This document shows positions 12,440-26,050 of a stretch of DNA of 64,000 nucleotides, in pieces. The position numbers and the translations under genes were made by a program. The stretch lies in NCBI GenBank assembly GCA_030390025.1, contig JASTWF010000033.1, forward strand, positions 4,652,001 to 4,716,000, written 5' to 3'. The DNA comes from Squalus acanthias (Eukaryota). The notes below the pieces were generated by a model, which was not told the DNA's origin, searched no databases, and saw only the letters and a list, made by a program, of their open reading frames with translations. The stretch's first letter is position 1; each line of letters begins with the position of its first letter.

Positions 12440-13247
12440 CGAAGCTATTGGCCCACTTCACAAACTCCGTTCCCTAAACACCGACTCCATCCCTCTCCTT
12501 TGCACCAAAAAATGCTGTTTGTAACCTTGGTGTCGTATTTGACCACGGGATGATCTTCCGACCGGATATTCACTCCATCACCAGGACGGCTTCCTTCCAC
12601 CTCGGTTACATCGCCGAAATTCGCCCCTGCCTCAGCTCATCTGCTGCTCAAACCATCATCCATGCCTTTGCTAGCTCTAGACTTGATAACACCAACTCTC
12701 TCCTTGCTGGCTTACCAACACACACCCTCCATAACTTGAGCTCATCCAAAGCTGTGCTGCCCGTAACCTAACCCACACCAAATCCCGGTAAACCACAACC
12801 CCTGTGCTCGCTGAGCGACAGTGACTCCCGTTCCGGCAATGCCTCCATTTTAAAATGATCATCCTTGCTTTCAAATCCTTCCATCACCTCACCCTCCCTA
12901 CCTCTGCAAGCTCCACCAGCCACACAACACTCCCTAGATCTCTGTGTTCCTCTAATTCTGGCCTCTTTCACATCCCCGATTGAAACCGCTCCACCATTGG
13001 CGGCTGTGCTTTCAGCTGCCTGGGCCCTAAGCTCAGGAATCCCCTCCCTAAACCTCTCTGCTTCTCTAAATCTCCCTCCTACATTAGATGCTGCTTAAAA
13101 CTTACCTCTTTTTCTAAGGTTTTAGTCATCTTTCCTAATGTCTCCTTCTGTGTCTCAGGGTCAGGTTTTGTTCAATATCGCTCACGTGAATCGCGTGGGT
13201 CATGTTACTATGTTAAAGGCGCTATATAAATACAAGTTGTTGTTGTG
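12440..13247 (+). mobile_element. L2 LINE 3' fragment
   Basis: FHLGYIAEIRPCLSSSAAQTIIHAFASSRLD is the L2 post-RT motif; tail AAAGGCGCTATATAAATACAAGTTGTTGTTGT. Confidence 0.85.
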
Positions 13248-13296
13248 AGTATTTTTTGCACTGTCTCCAGTTCTTCTATGTCCTTTTTATATTATG

Positions 13297-14970
13297 ATGT
13301 GGAGATGCCGGCGTTGGACTGGGGTGGACAAAAATGAGAAGTCGCACAACACCAGGTTATAGTCCAACAGATTTATTTAATTTTACAAGCTTTCGAAGCA
13401 GTTCGCTCCTTCGTCAGGTAAGTTAGCAATGAGAGAATCTCCCAGAATTCACAATTTAAACCCAGACAAAATCTATTCACATTATTCCCTACAACAAATA
13501 GCACAGCCAAGACAATGAGATGTGTCCCAGGGGGTCCAACATGTCAAACCACCTGCTGGCTGCATATCCTGACAATTTGTGTTCTTGTGTTAGTCTCTTT
13601 AAAAAAAAAAAAAACCCCTGGGAAGACCGGCCATGATGTCAAGTCACATTCTGTATCGTGACATGAACCCGATATCGCGATTGAGGCCATCCTCATGAGT
13701 GCGGAACTTGGCTATCAGTTTCTGCTCTATGATTTTGCGCTGTCGTGTATCTCGAAGGCCGCCTTGGAGAACGCTTACCCGCAGATCCGAGGCTGAATGC
13801 CCCTGGCTGCTGAAGTGTTCCCCGACTGGGAGGCAACCCTCCTGCCTAGCGATTGTTGCGTGGTGTCCGTTCATACGTTGTCTCAGTGTCTGCATGGTCT
13901 CGCCGATGTACCATGCTCTGGAGCATCCTTTACTGCAATGTATCAGGTAGACAACGTTGGCCGAGTCACATGAGTATGTACCGTGTACCTGGTGGGTAGT
14001 GTCCTCACGTGTAATGATGGTATCTGTGTCCATGATTTGGCATGTCTTGCAGAGGTTGCCGTGGCAGGGTTGTGTGGTGTCTTCGTTGCTGTTCTCCTGA
14101 AAGATGGGTAATCTGCTGCGAACGATGGTACTTTTGAGGTTAGGCGGCTGCTTGAAGGCGAGTAGTGGAGGCGTGGGGATGGCCTTAGCAAGGTGTTCGT
14201 CATCATCGATGACATGTTGAAGGCTGCGAAGAACATGGCGTAGTTATTCCGCTCCGGGGAAGTACTGGACGACGTAGGGTACTCTGTTGGTTGTGTCCCG
14301 TGTTCGTCTTCTGAGGAGGTCTATGCGGTTTTTCGCTGTGGCCCGTCGGAACTGTCGATCGACGAGTCGAGCGTCATATCCCGTTCTTACGAGGGCGTCT
14401 TTCAGTGTCCGTAGGTGTCCATCGCGTCCCTCCTCGTCTGAGCAGATCCTGTGTATTCGCAGGGCTTGTCCATAGGGGATGGCTTCTTTAACGTGGTTAG
14501 GGTGGAAGCTGGAGAAGTGGAGCATCGTGAGGTTGTCCGTGGGCTTGCGGTAAAGTGAAGTGCTGAGGCGTCCGTCTTTGATGGAGATTCGTGTGTCCAA
14601 GAATGAAACCGATTCTGAGGAGTAGTCCATGGTGAGTTTGATGGTGGGATGGAACCTGTTGATGCTATCGTGTAGTCCTTTCAGTGATCCTTCGCCGTGG
14701 GTCCAAAGGAAGAAGATGTCGGCGATGTAGCTGGTGTACAGCGTTGGTTGGAGGTCCTGTGAGTCCTTTCAGTGATCCTTCGCCGTGGGTCCAAAGGAAG
14801 AAGATGTCGTCGATGTCGGGAATAATGTGAATAGATTTTGTCTGGGATTAAATTGTGAATTCTGGGAGATTCTCTCATTGCTAACTTACCTGACGAAGGA
14901 GCGAACTGCTTCGAAAGCTTGTAAAATGAAATAAATCTATTGGACTATAACCTGGTGTTGTGCGACTTCT
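13297..14970 (-). mobile_element. Penelope-like element, family A (RT thumb plus GIY-YIG endonuclease) with inverted terminal repeat
   Basis: Peptides FLDTRISIKDGRLSTSLYRKPTD and NVVYLIHC...WYIGET. 14818-14970 is the reverse complement of ~13336-13489. CTTTTTATATTATG is duplicated at 13283-13296 and 14971-14984. Confidence 0.92.
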
Positions 14971-15039
14971 CTTTTTATATTATGGAGACCATAACTCTGC
15001 ACAGTTCTCTAAGTGTGACGTGACCCGGGTCCTATACAT

Positions 15040-16210
15040 GTTTAATACAATTTACAAAGTATTACAGGACAGAGACAGGCCATTCGACTCAAAATGTCCA
15101 TGTTGGTGTCCATACTCCACACGACCCTCCACCCACCCTCCTTCATCTAACCCAGTAAAAATATCGTTCTATTCCTTTCCCCTTTAAATGTGTCTGTGCT
15201 ATTCGCATCAACTGCTCCTTGTGGTAGCGAGTTCCACTTTCTGACCACTCATTTGGTAAAAAGTTTTCTCCTGAATTCCCTATTAGATTTATTAATGACT
15301 ATCTTAAATCTATGGCCCCGAGTTCTAGTCTCTCCTGAAAGTGGAAAATCCTTCTCTAATCTACCCTATGAAACCCTTTCATAATCTCAAAGAACACTAT
15401 CTGATCATCCCTCAGTCTCCACTTCCCTAAAGAAAATAGCCCCAGCCTGTTCAGTCTTTCCTGACAGGTATAACCTCTCAGTTCTGGTATCATTCTAGTA
15501 AATACTGTTTGTACCTTCGCCAGTCCCTCTATGTCCTTTTTATAAGATGGAGACCATGTTCGCAGTACACAAAGTGTGGTCGAACCAAGGCTCCATACAG
15601 GTTCAACATAACTTCTATTCTTTACAATTCTATCCCTCTAGAAATGAACCCCAGTGCTTTCTTTGTTTTTACGGCCTTATCAACCTGCATTGCAACTTTT
15701 AGTGATTTATGTAACTGTATCCTCACATCGCTCTGTCCCTCAACCCCGTTTAGAACTTATTCTCCAAGGAGACTGTGACCTCCGTATTCTTCCTATTAAA
15801 ATGCACTACCTCGCATTTCTCTATATTGAGGTTAATTTGCCAGTTACACACCCATTCTGCAAGTTTATTAACGTCCTCCTGTATTTTGTCGCAGACCTCC
15901 TCAATATTAAGTATAAACCCCCATTTGGGTGGCAACCACAATGTTTGAAATTGCACTTCCGATTCCTGAGTCCTAATTGTTGAAGTAAATGGTGAACAAA
16001 AGTGTTGCCAGCACCGTTCCTTGTGAAACACCACTTCCCAGCACTGGCCAACTTCACTTCTTTTGAATTCTATTGCCTTAGAAATAAACCCCAATTCATT
16101 GTTAACATTTTAATTGCTCTGCTGTCCAGTGATACTGCTTTTAATTATTTGTTCACCTTTATCCCGAGAGCCCTTTTCTCTTTTGCCACGTTCAGTTTCT
16201 TATTTTTAAG
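15040..16210 (-). mobile_element. Old degenerate CR1 fragments
   Basis: KIQEDVNKLAEWVCNWQINLNIEKCEVVHF in ORF 15750-16094; decayed tail near 15060-15100. Confidence 0.75.
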
Positions 16211-16214
16211 GTAT

Positions 16215-19035
16215 CGGTGATTGTAGAATCATGGAATGATACAGCACAGAAGGAGGCCACTCGGCCCACCGTACCTGTGCCGGCTCTTTGGACTACACTT
16301 CCTCCCACCCCGCCTCCTGTAAGGACTCTATTCCATTCTCCCAGTTTCTCCATCTCCACCGCATCTGCTCTGATGATGCCACCTTCCATACCAGTGCTTC
16401 CGACATGTCTTCCTTTTTCCTCAACCGAGGATTCCCCTCTACCGTGGTCGACACGGCCCTCGACCGTGTCCGTTCTATCTCCCGCACATCTGCCCTCACC
16501 CCTGCCCCTCCCTCCCGGAACCACGATAGGGTTCCCCTTGTCCTCACCTTTCACCCCACCAGCCTCCACATTCAACGGATCATCCTCCGCCATTTCCGCC
16601 ACCTCCAGCGTGATCCCACCACCAAACACATCTTCCCCTCACCTCCCCTTTCAGCATTCCGTAGGGACCGATCCCTCCGCGACACCCTAGTCCACTCCTC
16701 TACCACCCCCAGCACCCCTTCCCCTTCGCCCGGCACCTTCTCGTGCATGCGCAGGAGATGCAACACATGCCCTTATACCTCCCCTCTTCCCACTGTCCAG
16801 GGCCCCAAACACCCCTTCCAGGTGAAACAGCGATTCACTTGTACTTCCTGCAATTTAGTATACTGTATTCGCTGCTCACGATGTGGACTCCTCTACATTG
16901 GGGAGACCAAACGCAGATTGGGTGACCGCTTTGCGGAACACCTCCGTTCAGTCCGTAAGCGGGACCCCGAGCTCCCGGTGGCCTGTCACTTTAATTCACC
17001 GCTTCACTCCCACTCTGACCTCCCCGTCCTCGGCCTATTACACTGTTCCACGGAAGCTCAGCGTAAGCTCGAGGAACAGCACCTCATCCTTCGTTTAGGC
17101 ACGCTACAGCCCTCTGGACTCAATATCGAGTTCAACAATTTTAGATCATAACCTCAGCTCCAATCACATTTATATTTTATTTTATCCACCCTTTTATTTG
17201 TCCCCCCCACCTTTTTTTGCCTCCTAGAAGCTGGCAGCTGTCCTTCATTCTGCCAGTGGATTTCACACTTCATTCAGCCTTAATCTGTCACATTAACACC
17301 ACCTCTAGCCTTGCATGTCTCTTAATGTCTCTTCATCTCCCCCTTTGTTCCTTTATCCCCTCCCCCTTTTCCCAGCTTTACCCTGGCCTTAAATCTATTT
17401 GATTTCCGGCTCTTCCCAGTTCTGATGAAAGGTCATCGACCTGAAACGTTAACTCTCTTTCTCTCTCCACGGATGCTGCCTGGCCTGCTGAGTTTTCCAG
17501 CGTTTTCTGTTGTTATTTCGGATTTCCAGCATCCGCAGTATTTTGCTATCGTTCTTTGGTAGAGCTGTCCAATTAATCCCACTCCTCTGCTCTTTCCACA
17601 GTATTTTATTTTATCTCAAGTATTTTTTTCCAAATCCCCCTTGAAAGTTACTATTGAATCTGCTTCCACCGCCCTTTCAGGCAGCACATTCCAGATCACA
17701 ACAACTCGCTGTGTAAAACAAAGGCTTCCTCATGTTGTCTCGGGTTCTTTTGCCAATCATATTAAATCTGTGTCATCTGGTTACCGACCCCACTTCCACT
17801 GGAAACAGTTGCTCCTTAATTACCCTATTAAATCTATGTAGTCTTTAGAACACCTCTATCAAATCTCCTCTTAACCTTCTCTGCTGTAATCAGAACATCC
17901 CCAGCTTCTCCAGTCTCTCCACATAACTGAAGTCCCTTGTCTCTGGTACAATTCTAGTAAATCTCTTCTGCACGCGCTCGAAGGCCTTGACATTTTCCTA
18001 AAGTGTGGTGTCCAGAATTGGACACAATGCTCCAGTTGAAGCCTAATCAGTGCTTTCTAATGTTTTCGCATAACTTCATTGCTTTTGTACTCTACTGCTT
18101 ATTAATAAAGCGAATGATCCCGCATGCTTTATTAACATACTTCTCAAATTGTCCGGTCGCATTCAAAGATTAGTGTACATACATGCCTAGGTCACTCTGT
18201 TCCTGCACTCCCTTTATAGTTACACCATTGAGATCACATTGCCTCTTCTCATTTTTCACTTCACAATTCTCTGTGATCAATAGAATCTGCCCAGTGTCTG
18301 CCTAATTGAATCAGAGTTCGGGCTATGCTGCAAGCAAAGGGATTGGATTCCGAAAGAAACGCCATCAGAGAAGTGTAAGATCATGCCAGGGACGTCTCTG
18401 AAGCTCTCAATCCCTCCAGCCTGAGGAACAGTTTATAAGGGTAAAGACCCAGACAAATGTTATTGGCATTTAGTGTCTTGATTTCGGCTACAATTATATT
18501 TTAATCTGCTAATGGAAAATATGCCAGTAAACTGAGTAAGGAGATAACTTTATATGCAGGAATGAGGGTCAGTTAGAAGGTGTTGCATGAATGACTTTTA
18601 AACCGAAGGTCAGCCAGCAGCGTATTGAATGGTGGAGTAGGCTTGAAGGGCCGAATGGCCTACTCCCGCTCCTATTGCTTCTGTTCTCTTGTTGACCAGT
18701 CAGTCTACGTCCTTCTGAAGTCTGTTACTATCCTCCTCATTGTGTGCTACATTTCCGAGTTTTGATGCCCTGTATACCCAACTCTAGGTCATTAAAATAT
18801 ATCAAAGAGAGCACTGGTCCTAATAGCGACCCCTGGGGAACACCTCTGTATAATTCCCTCCAGACTGAAAAACAACCGGCCACCACTGCTCTCTGCTTTC
18901 AGACCCTTAGCCAATTTGGTATCCATGCTGGCCTGTCCTATTAATCGCATGGACTACAATTTTATGAACAGTTATGTCATGTGGTACTTTGTCAAACGCC
19001 TTTTGAAAGTCCATATACACAACATCAACCGCACT
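16215..19035 (-). mobile_element. Old CR1 split by a Penelope (16291-17552) and by a short insert (18310-18690)
   Basis: CR1 tail at 16215-16290 continues at 17560; RT remnants (reverse complement of the GVPQGS and DFQKAFD motifs) at 18800-19030. Confidence 0.8.
16291..17552 (+). mobile_element. Penelope-like element, family B, 5'-truncated, with an open RT-thumb/GIY-YIG ORF (16288-17151)
   Basis: NLVYCIRCSRCGLLYIGETKRRLGDRFAEH and GLNIEF; TCTTTGG duplicated on both flanks; hammerhead-like motif at 17422-17450. Confidence 0.93.
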
Positions 19036-19436
19036 ACCCTCATGATGTTATATTTTCCTATCAAAGTGCATCACCTCGCGTTCATCTCTGTTATTGGTCA
19101 CTTGACACTTAACTGCGCAGTCTGTATGTTTTCAAATGTCTTTTGTGGGATGAAATGTAGATAAATGTCTTTTCAATTTTGGAAGCAAAGCATCAGTGTA
19201 TTGAATAAAAAGCAATAATAATTAATAAAGGCAGCCATCTAAAACTGTGTGTGGTTTTGGAATTTTATCAGGAAATTTGAGGATTTATTGCAAAATAAAC
19301 TCTTGACTTCTCACATTGCACCACTGCTTTTAGAAGAAGTTGGTGAAGATATTATTTATTTCATATAACACAACTGCTCTCCTGTTTGCTTCAGGGTCTC
19401 TTTGTGACGTCCGATATATGCATCGAACATCGTAAA

Positions 19437-22400
19437 CTCCTCCCCACCACATCTAATATCCTCCGCTCCTCCCCACCCCAACTAATATCCTCAGCTCCTC
19501 CCCACCTAATGTCCTCAGCTCCTCCCCACCCCAACTAATATCCTCAGCTCCTCCCCACCCCACCTAATATCCTCAGCTCCTCCCCACCCCACCTAATATC
19601 CTCAGCCCCTCCCCACCCCACCTAATATCCTCAGCTCCTCCCCACCCCACCTAATATCCTCAGCTCCTCCCTACCCCACCTAATATCCTCAGCTCCTCCT
19701 GAACACACCTAATATCCTCAGCTCCTCCCTACCCCACCTAATATCCTCAGCTCCTCCCCACCTCACCTAATATCCTCAGCTCCTCCCCACCCCACCTAGT
19801 AACCTCAGCTCCTCCCCACCCTACCTAATATCCTCAGCTCTTCCACACCCCACCTAATATCCTCAGCTCCTCCCCATCCCACCTGATATCCTCAGCTTCT
19901 CTCCACCCCATCTAATATCATCAGCTCCCCCCCACCTCACCTAATATCATCAGCTCCTCCTCACCCCACCTAATAACCTCAGCTCCTCCCCACCCTACCT
20001 AATATCCTCAGCTCCTCCCCACCCCACCTAATATCCTCAGCTCCTCCACACCCCACCTAATATCCTCAGCTCCTCCCCATCCCACCTGATATCCTCAGCT
20101 TCTCTGCACCCCATCTAATATCATCAGCTCCCCCCCACCCCACCTAATATCCTCAGCTCCTCCTGAACCCACCTAATATCCTCAGCTCCTCCTCACTCAA
20201 CCTAATATCCTCAGCTCCCCCTGAACCCACCTAATATCCTCAGCTCCTCCCCACACAACCTAATATCATCAGCTCCTCCCCACCCAACCTAATATCCTCA
20301 GCTCCCCCTGAACCCACCTAATATCCTCAGCTCCTCCCCACCCCACCTAATATCCTCAGCACCTCCCCACCCCACCTAATAACCTCAGCCTTTCCTCACC
20401 CCACCAAATATCCTCAGCTCCTCCCCACCCCACCTAATATCCTCAGCTTCTCCCCACCCCACCTAATATTCCCAGCTCCTCCCCACCCAACCTAATATCC
20501 TCAGCTCACCCCACCCCAACTAATATCCTCAGCTCCTCTCCACCCCATTTAATATCGTCAGCTCCTCCCCCCCACCTAATATCCTCAGCTCCTCCCCCCC
20601 ACCTAATATCCTCAGCTCCTCTCCACCCCATTTAATATCGTCAGCTCCTCCCCCCCACCTAATGCTCTCAGCTCCTCCTCACCCCACCTGATAGCCACAG
20701 CTCCTCCACACCCCAACTAATATCCTCAGCTCCTCCCCACCCCACCTAATATCCTCAGCTCCTCCTGAACCCACCTAATATCCTCAGCTCCTCCCCACCC
20801 CACCTAATATCCTCAGCTCCTCCCCACACCACCTAATATCCTCAGCTCCTCCCCACCCCACCTAATATCCTCAGCTCCTCCCCACCCCACCTAATATCCT
20901 CAGGTCCCCCCACACCCCACCTAATATCCTTAGCTCCTCCCCACCCCACCTAATATCCTCAGCTCCTCCCCACCCCAAATAATATCCTCAGCTCCTCCAC
21001 ACCCCACCTAATATCCTCAGCTCCTCCCCATCCCACCTGATATCCTCAGCTTCTCTCCACCCCATCTAATATCATCAGCTCCCCCCCACCTCACCTAATA
21101 TCATCAGCTCCTCCTCACCCCACCTAATAACCTCAGCTCCTCCCCACCCTACCTAATATCCTCAGCTCCTCCCCACCCCACCTAATATCCTCAGCTCCTC
21201 CACACCCCACCTAATATCCTCAGCTCCTCCCCATCCCACCTGATATCCTCAGCTTCTCTGCACCCCATCTAATATCATCAGCTCCCCCCCACCCCACCTA
21301 ATATCCTCAGCTCCTCCTGAACCCACCTAATATCCTCAGCTCCTCCTCACTCAACCTAATATCCTCAGCTCCCCCTGAACCCACCTAATATCCTCAGCTC
21401 CTCCCCACACAACCTAATATCATCAGCTCCTCCCCACCCAACCTAATATCCTCAGCTCCCCCTGAACCCACCTAATATCCTCAGCTCCTCCCCACCCCAC
21501 CTAATATCCTCAGCACCTCCCCACCCCACCTAATAACCTCAGCCTTTCCTCACCCCACCAAATATCCTCAGCTCCTCCCCACCCCACCTAATATCCTCAG
21601 CTTCTCCCCACCCCACCTAATATTCCCAGCTCCTCCCCACCCAACCTAATATCCTCAGCTCACCCCACCCCAACTAATATCCTCAGCTCCTCTCCACCCC
21701 ATTTAATATCGTCAGCTCCTCCCCCCCACCTAATATCCTCAGCTCCTCCCCCCCACCTAATATCCTCAGCTCCTCTCCACCCCATTTAATATCGTCAGCT
21801 CCTCCCCCCCACCTAATGCTCTCAGCTCCTCCTCACCCCACCTGATAGCCACAGCTCCTCCACACCCCAACTAATATCCTCAGCTCCTCCCCACCCCACC
21901 TAATATCCTCAGCTCCTCCTGAACCCACCTAATATCCTCAGCTCCTCCCCACCCCACCTAATATCCTCAGCTCCTCCCCACACCACCTAATATCCTCAGC
22001 TCCTCCCCACCCCACCTAATATCCTCAGCTCCTCCCCACCCCACCTAATATCCTCAGGTCCCCCCACACCCCACCTAATATCCTTAGCTCCTCCCCACCC
22101 CACCTAATATCCTCAGCTCCTCCCCACCCCAAATAATATCCTCAGCTCCTCCACACCCCACCTAATATCCTCAGCTCCTCCCCATCCCACCTGATATCCT
22201 CAGCTTCTCTCCACCCCATCTAATATCATCAGCTCCCCCCCACCTCACCTAATATCATCAGCTCCTCCTCACCCCACCTAATAACCTCAGCTCCTCCCCA
22301 CCCTACCTAATATCCTCAGCTCCTCCCCACCCCACCTAATATCCTCAGCTCCTCCACACCCCACCTAATATCCTCAGCTCCTCCCCATCCCACCTGATAT

Positions 22401-24057
22401 CCTCAGCTTCTCTGCACCCCATCTAATATCATCAGCTCCCCCCCACCCCACCTAATATCCTCAGCTCCTCCTGAACCCACCTAATATCCTCAGCTCCTCC
22501 TCACTCAACCTAATATCCTCAGCTCCCCCTGAACCCACCTAATATCCTCAGCTCCTCCCCACACAACCTAATATCATCAGCTCCTCCCCACCCAACCTAA
22601 TATCCTCAGCTCCCCCTGAACCCACCTAATATCCTCAGCTCCTCCCCACCCCACCTAATATCCTCAGCACCTCCCCACCCCACCTAATAACCTCAGCCTT
22701 TCCTCACCCCACCAAATATCCTCAGCTCCTCCCCACCCCACCTAATATCCTCAGCTTCTCCCCACCCCACCTAATATTCCCAGCTCCTCCCCACCCAACC
22801 TAATATCCTCAGCTCACCCCACCCCAACTAATATCCTCAGCTCCTCTCCACCCCATTTAATATCGTCAGCTCCTCCCCCCCACCTAATATCCTCAGCTCC
22901 TCCCCCCCAACCTAATATCCTCAGCTCCTCTCCACCCCATTTAATATCGTCAGCTCCTCCCCCCCACCTAATGCTCTCAGCTCCTCCTCACCCCACCTGA
23001 TAGCCACAGCTCCTCCACACCCCAACTAATATCCTCAGCTCCTCCCCACCCCACCTAATATCCTCAGCTCCTCCCCACACCACCTAATATCCTCAGCTCC
23101 TCCCCACCCCACCTAATATCCTCAGCTCCTCCCCACCCCACCTAATATCCTCAGGTCCCCCCACACCCCACCTAATATCCTTAGCTCCTCCCCACCCCAC
23201 CTAATATCCTCAGCTCCTCCCCACCCCAAATAATATCCTCAGCTCCGCCCCACCCCACCTAATATCCTCAGCTCCTCCTGAACCCACCTAATATCCTCAG
23301 CTCCTCCCCACCCCACCTAATATCCTCAGCTCCTCCCCACCCCACCTAATATCCTCAGCTCCCCCCATCCCACTAAATATCCTCAGCTCCCCCCCACCCC
23401 ACCTAATATCCTCAGCTGCTCCCCACCCCACCTAATATCCTCAGTACCCCCCAACGACACCTAATATCCTCAGCTCCTCCCCACCCCACCTAATATCCTC
23501 AGTTCCCCCGCACCCCACCTAATATCCTCAGCTCCTCCCCACCACACCTAATATCCTCAGCTCCTCCCCACCTCACCTAATATCTTCAGCTCCTCCTTAC
23601 CCCCCAAATAACCGCAGCTCCTCCCCACCTCACCTAATATCCTCCGCTCCTCCACACCCCACCTAATATCCTCAGCTCCTCACCACCCCATCGAATATCC
23701 TCAGCTCCACACCCCCCACCTAATATTTTCAGCCCTCCAAACCCCACCTAATATCCTCAGCTCCTCCCCACCCCACCTAATATCCTCAGCTCCTCCCCAC
23801 CCCACCTAATATCCTCAGCACCTCCCCACCTCACCTAATATCCTTAGCTCCTCTCCACCCCACCTAATATCTTCAGCTCCTCCACACCCCACCTAATATC
23901 CTCAGATCCTCCCCACCCCACCTAATATCCTCAGGTCCTCCCCACCCCACCTAATATCCTCAGCTCATCCCCACCCCACCTAATATCCTCAGCTCCTCCC
24001 ACCCCACCTAATATCCTCAGCTCCTCCCCACCTAATATCCTCAGCTCCTCCCCACCA
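19437..24057. repeat. 29-bp C-rich satellite (CCTAATATCCTCAGCTCCTCCCCACCCCA)n with a 1154-bp higher-order repeat
   Basis: Monomer spacing 19563 to 19592. Diagnostic variants recur at 19875/21029/22183 and 20691/21845/23000. Confidence 0.95.
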
Positions 24058-25611
24058 ATGTTGCCTCGAATTTTTTTGCACAGAGTGGCCATGGACTCCT
24101 TTGAGCGACCTTTTCGTCCGTGGGCAAATTTTACAACAACAAATTTTAGGACAACCTTTAGAAAAGCAACTTTTACAACAACGACAGCAACAACAAGCAG
24201 TTAAAATCATATACACAGTAATGAGATATTCTCACCCCACCGTCTCAATTCAATGGACAATCAGACAAGATTCTGCAAGTTTAACATAACTTCCCTTCTT
24301 TTGAAATCTATTCCTCTAGAAATGAACCCGTGCTTTATTTCCACTTTTATGGCATTTTAACCGGCGTTGCTACTTCTGATGATTCATGAATCTGTACCCC
24401 GAGATCCCTTTGCAAATCTACCCCATTTAGACTCTTATGTTCCAAGGAGTAGCTGGGGTCCTTTTTCCTGCCAACAAAATGCACCACCTCACACGTACCC
24501 ATATTGAAATTCATTTGTCATTTACATGCCCATTCTGCAAGTTTGATTACGGTAGAATTAATTAAAAGCTTTTAGTTCGTCATGTACAAACTCTATTTAA
24601 ATAAATCCTTGTCAGAAATGAATAGGAGAGAAAAGAACTGCAGAATAATAAATTAACACTTCAGAAACGTCACTCAGTTACACATCGACAAATAATCCAA
24701 AAGCCCAAGTTGAGCTGAATGAGGCAGATCTATTCGTGCAATTTGTATTAATTTTAAGGTTTTCAACGTATTAGAAAATCCCTCATGTCACTGTAGCAAT
24801 GGCAGCTCAAGCAGCAGGAGCAGCGGCATTCCTATGGCGCTGACGTGCTGTACGTCCAGATATGTAATCAGAATATTAATCACAATGCAACCAGACAAAC
24901 AACAAATATAAAGTGCTGTAGTTCTTTAGTTCACAGTATTAAAAAGAATTGAACAAAAACGGGTATCCGTATTTCCAACTTCAGTCACTTCCATTAATAA
25001 CCGCGGTCTTATTGAACCAGAATACACTCCATGTAACATGTCACAAATGCAGCACTTATTCACAAGTGCAGAAAAACACACCCACAATTTCCGTCACTGA
25101 ATTAAATCAAAAAGCAGGAAAAACTACGATTTAGCACAAATAAATATTCATCATTCTTCCTGGACAAGAGAACCAATCAGACTGAATTGGAAATGTTTAC
25201 TAATATGTTGATGTAAAGATGTTAATTTACAAATTTCGCTTCCAATATATTTTCTCTCAAACATTCTCCACAATATTGATCCCTGCTCTTGTCACGAAAA
25301 GTGTTGAATTATTTTAGGTACTTCCAATTAAATAGCAGGAAACAAACTTCATTGTGCTCTCAATTTTCAATCTCCTAATTTATACCAAATAGAAATTGTA
25401 CATTATCAGTTTAATCAAAGTATTTTGTGTGTCTTTCTCAATAAACAAATAATGTTTTCTTCTAAAGTAGCTTCCTGCATGTTTCATACATCAGTACAGA
25501 ACTCTTGTTTCTGTCAACACTCCACTAAACATTTAAGAAGAAATCTGTAGTTACGTTCTTCCTGGGACTTGTTCAGACTATAACAACAGGCAAAATAAAA
25601 CCTTTCACAAT

Positions 25612-25960
25612 CGCAAAATACAGCGGATGCTGGAATCTGAAATATAAACAGAAAATGCTGGAAATACTCAGCAGGTCAGGCAGCATCTGTGGAGAGCGAG
25701 AGAGAAACAAAGTTAACGTTTCAGGTCTGTGAACTTTCGTCCGAACTGAAAAAAGTTAGAGATGTAACAGATTTTAACCAGGTGCAGAGGCCAGGTTTAA
25801 CAACTCCTGCCCTCCACCATATCACAGACCATCCCTTGTGTTCCTTCCTCCCCGCCCGCCTTTCCCTGCCTCTGCACACGTTAAAACTGTTTTTCTCTCT
25901 CTCTCCCCCACAGATGCTGCCTGGTCTGCTGAGTATTTCCAGCATTTTATGTTTTCAAAT
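25612..25960. mobile_element. Mini Penelope family B remnant consisting of two inverted terminal-repeat pieces
   Basis: 25612-25790 is the minus-strand terminal repeat and 25800-25960 the plus-strand one (CAGATGCTGCCTGGTCTGCTGAGTATTTCCAGC). Confidence 0.8.
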
Positions 25961-26050
25961 TATGTAAAATAAAACGGTTTGTGTTTTCCAGTTTTTTGTT
26001 TCTCTTCCTAAACATTTAAATGAAATTTTAAAAGGTCAATTAAAAGCAAT

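Noticed and set aside
16288..17151. Host GIY-YIG nuclease gene
   Set aside because: 5'-truncated Penelope with TSD and terminal repeat, lacking a true start.
19437..24057. Regularly spaced repeats as a CRISPR array or telomere
   Set aside because: No unique spacers, no cas genes, eukaryotic context; the unit is not a TTAGGG array.
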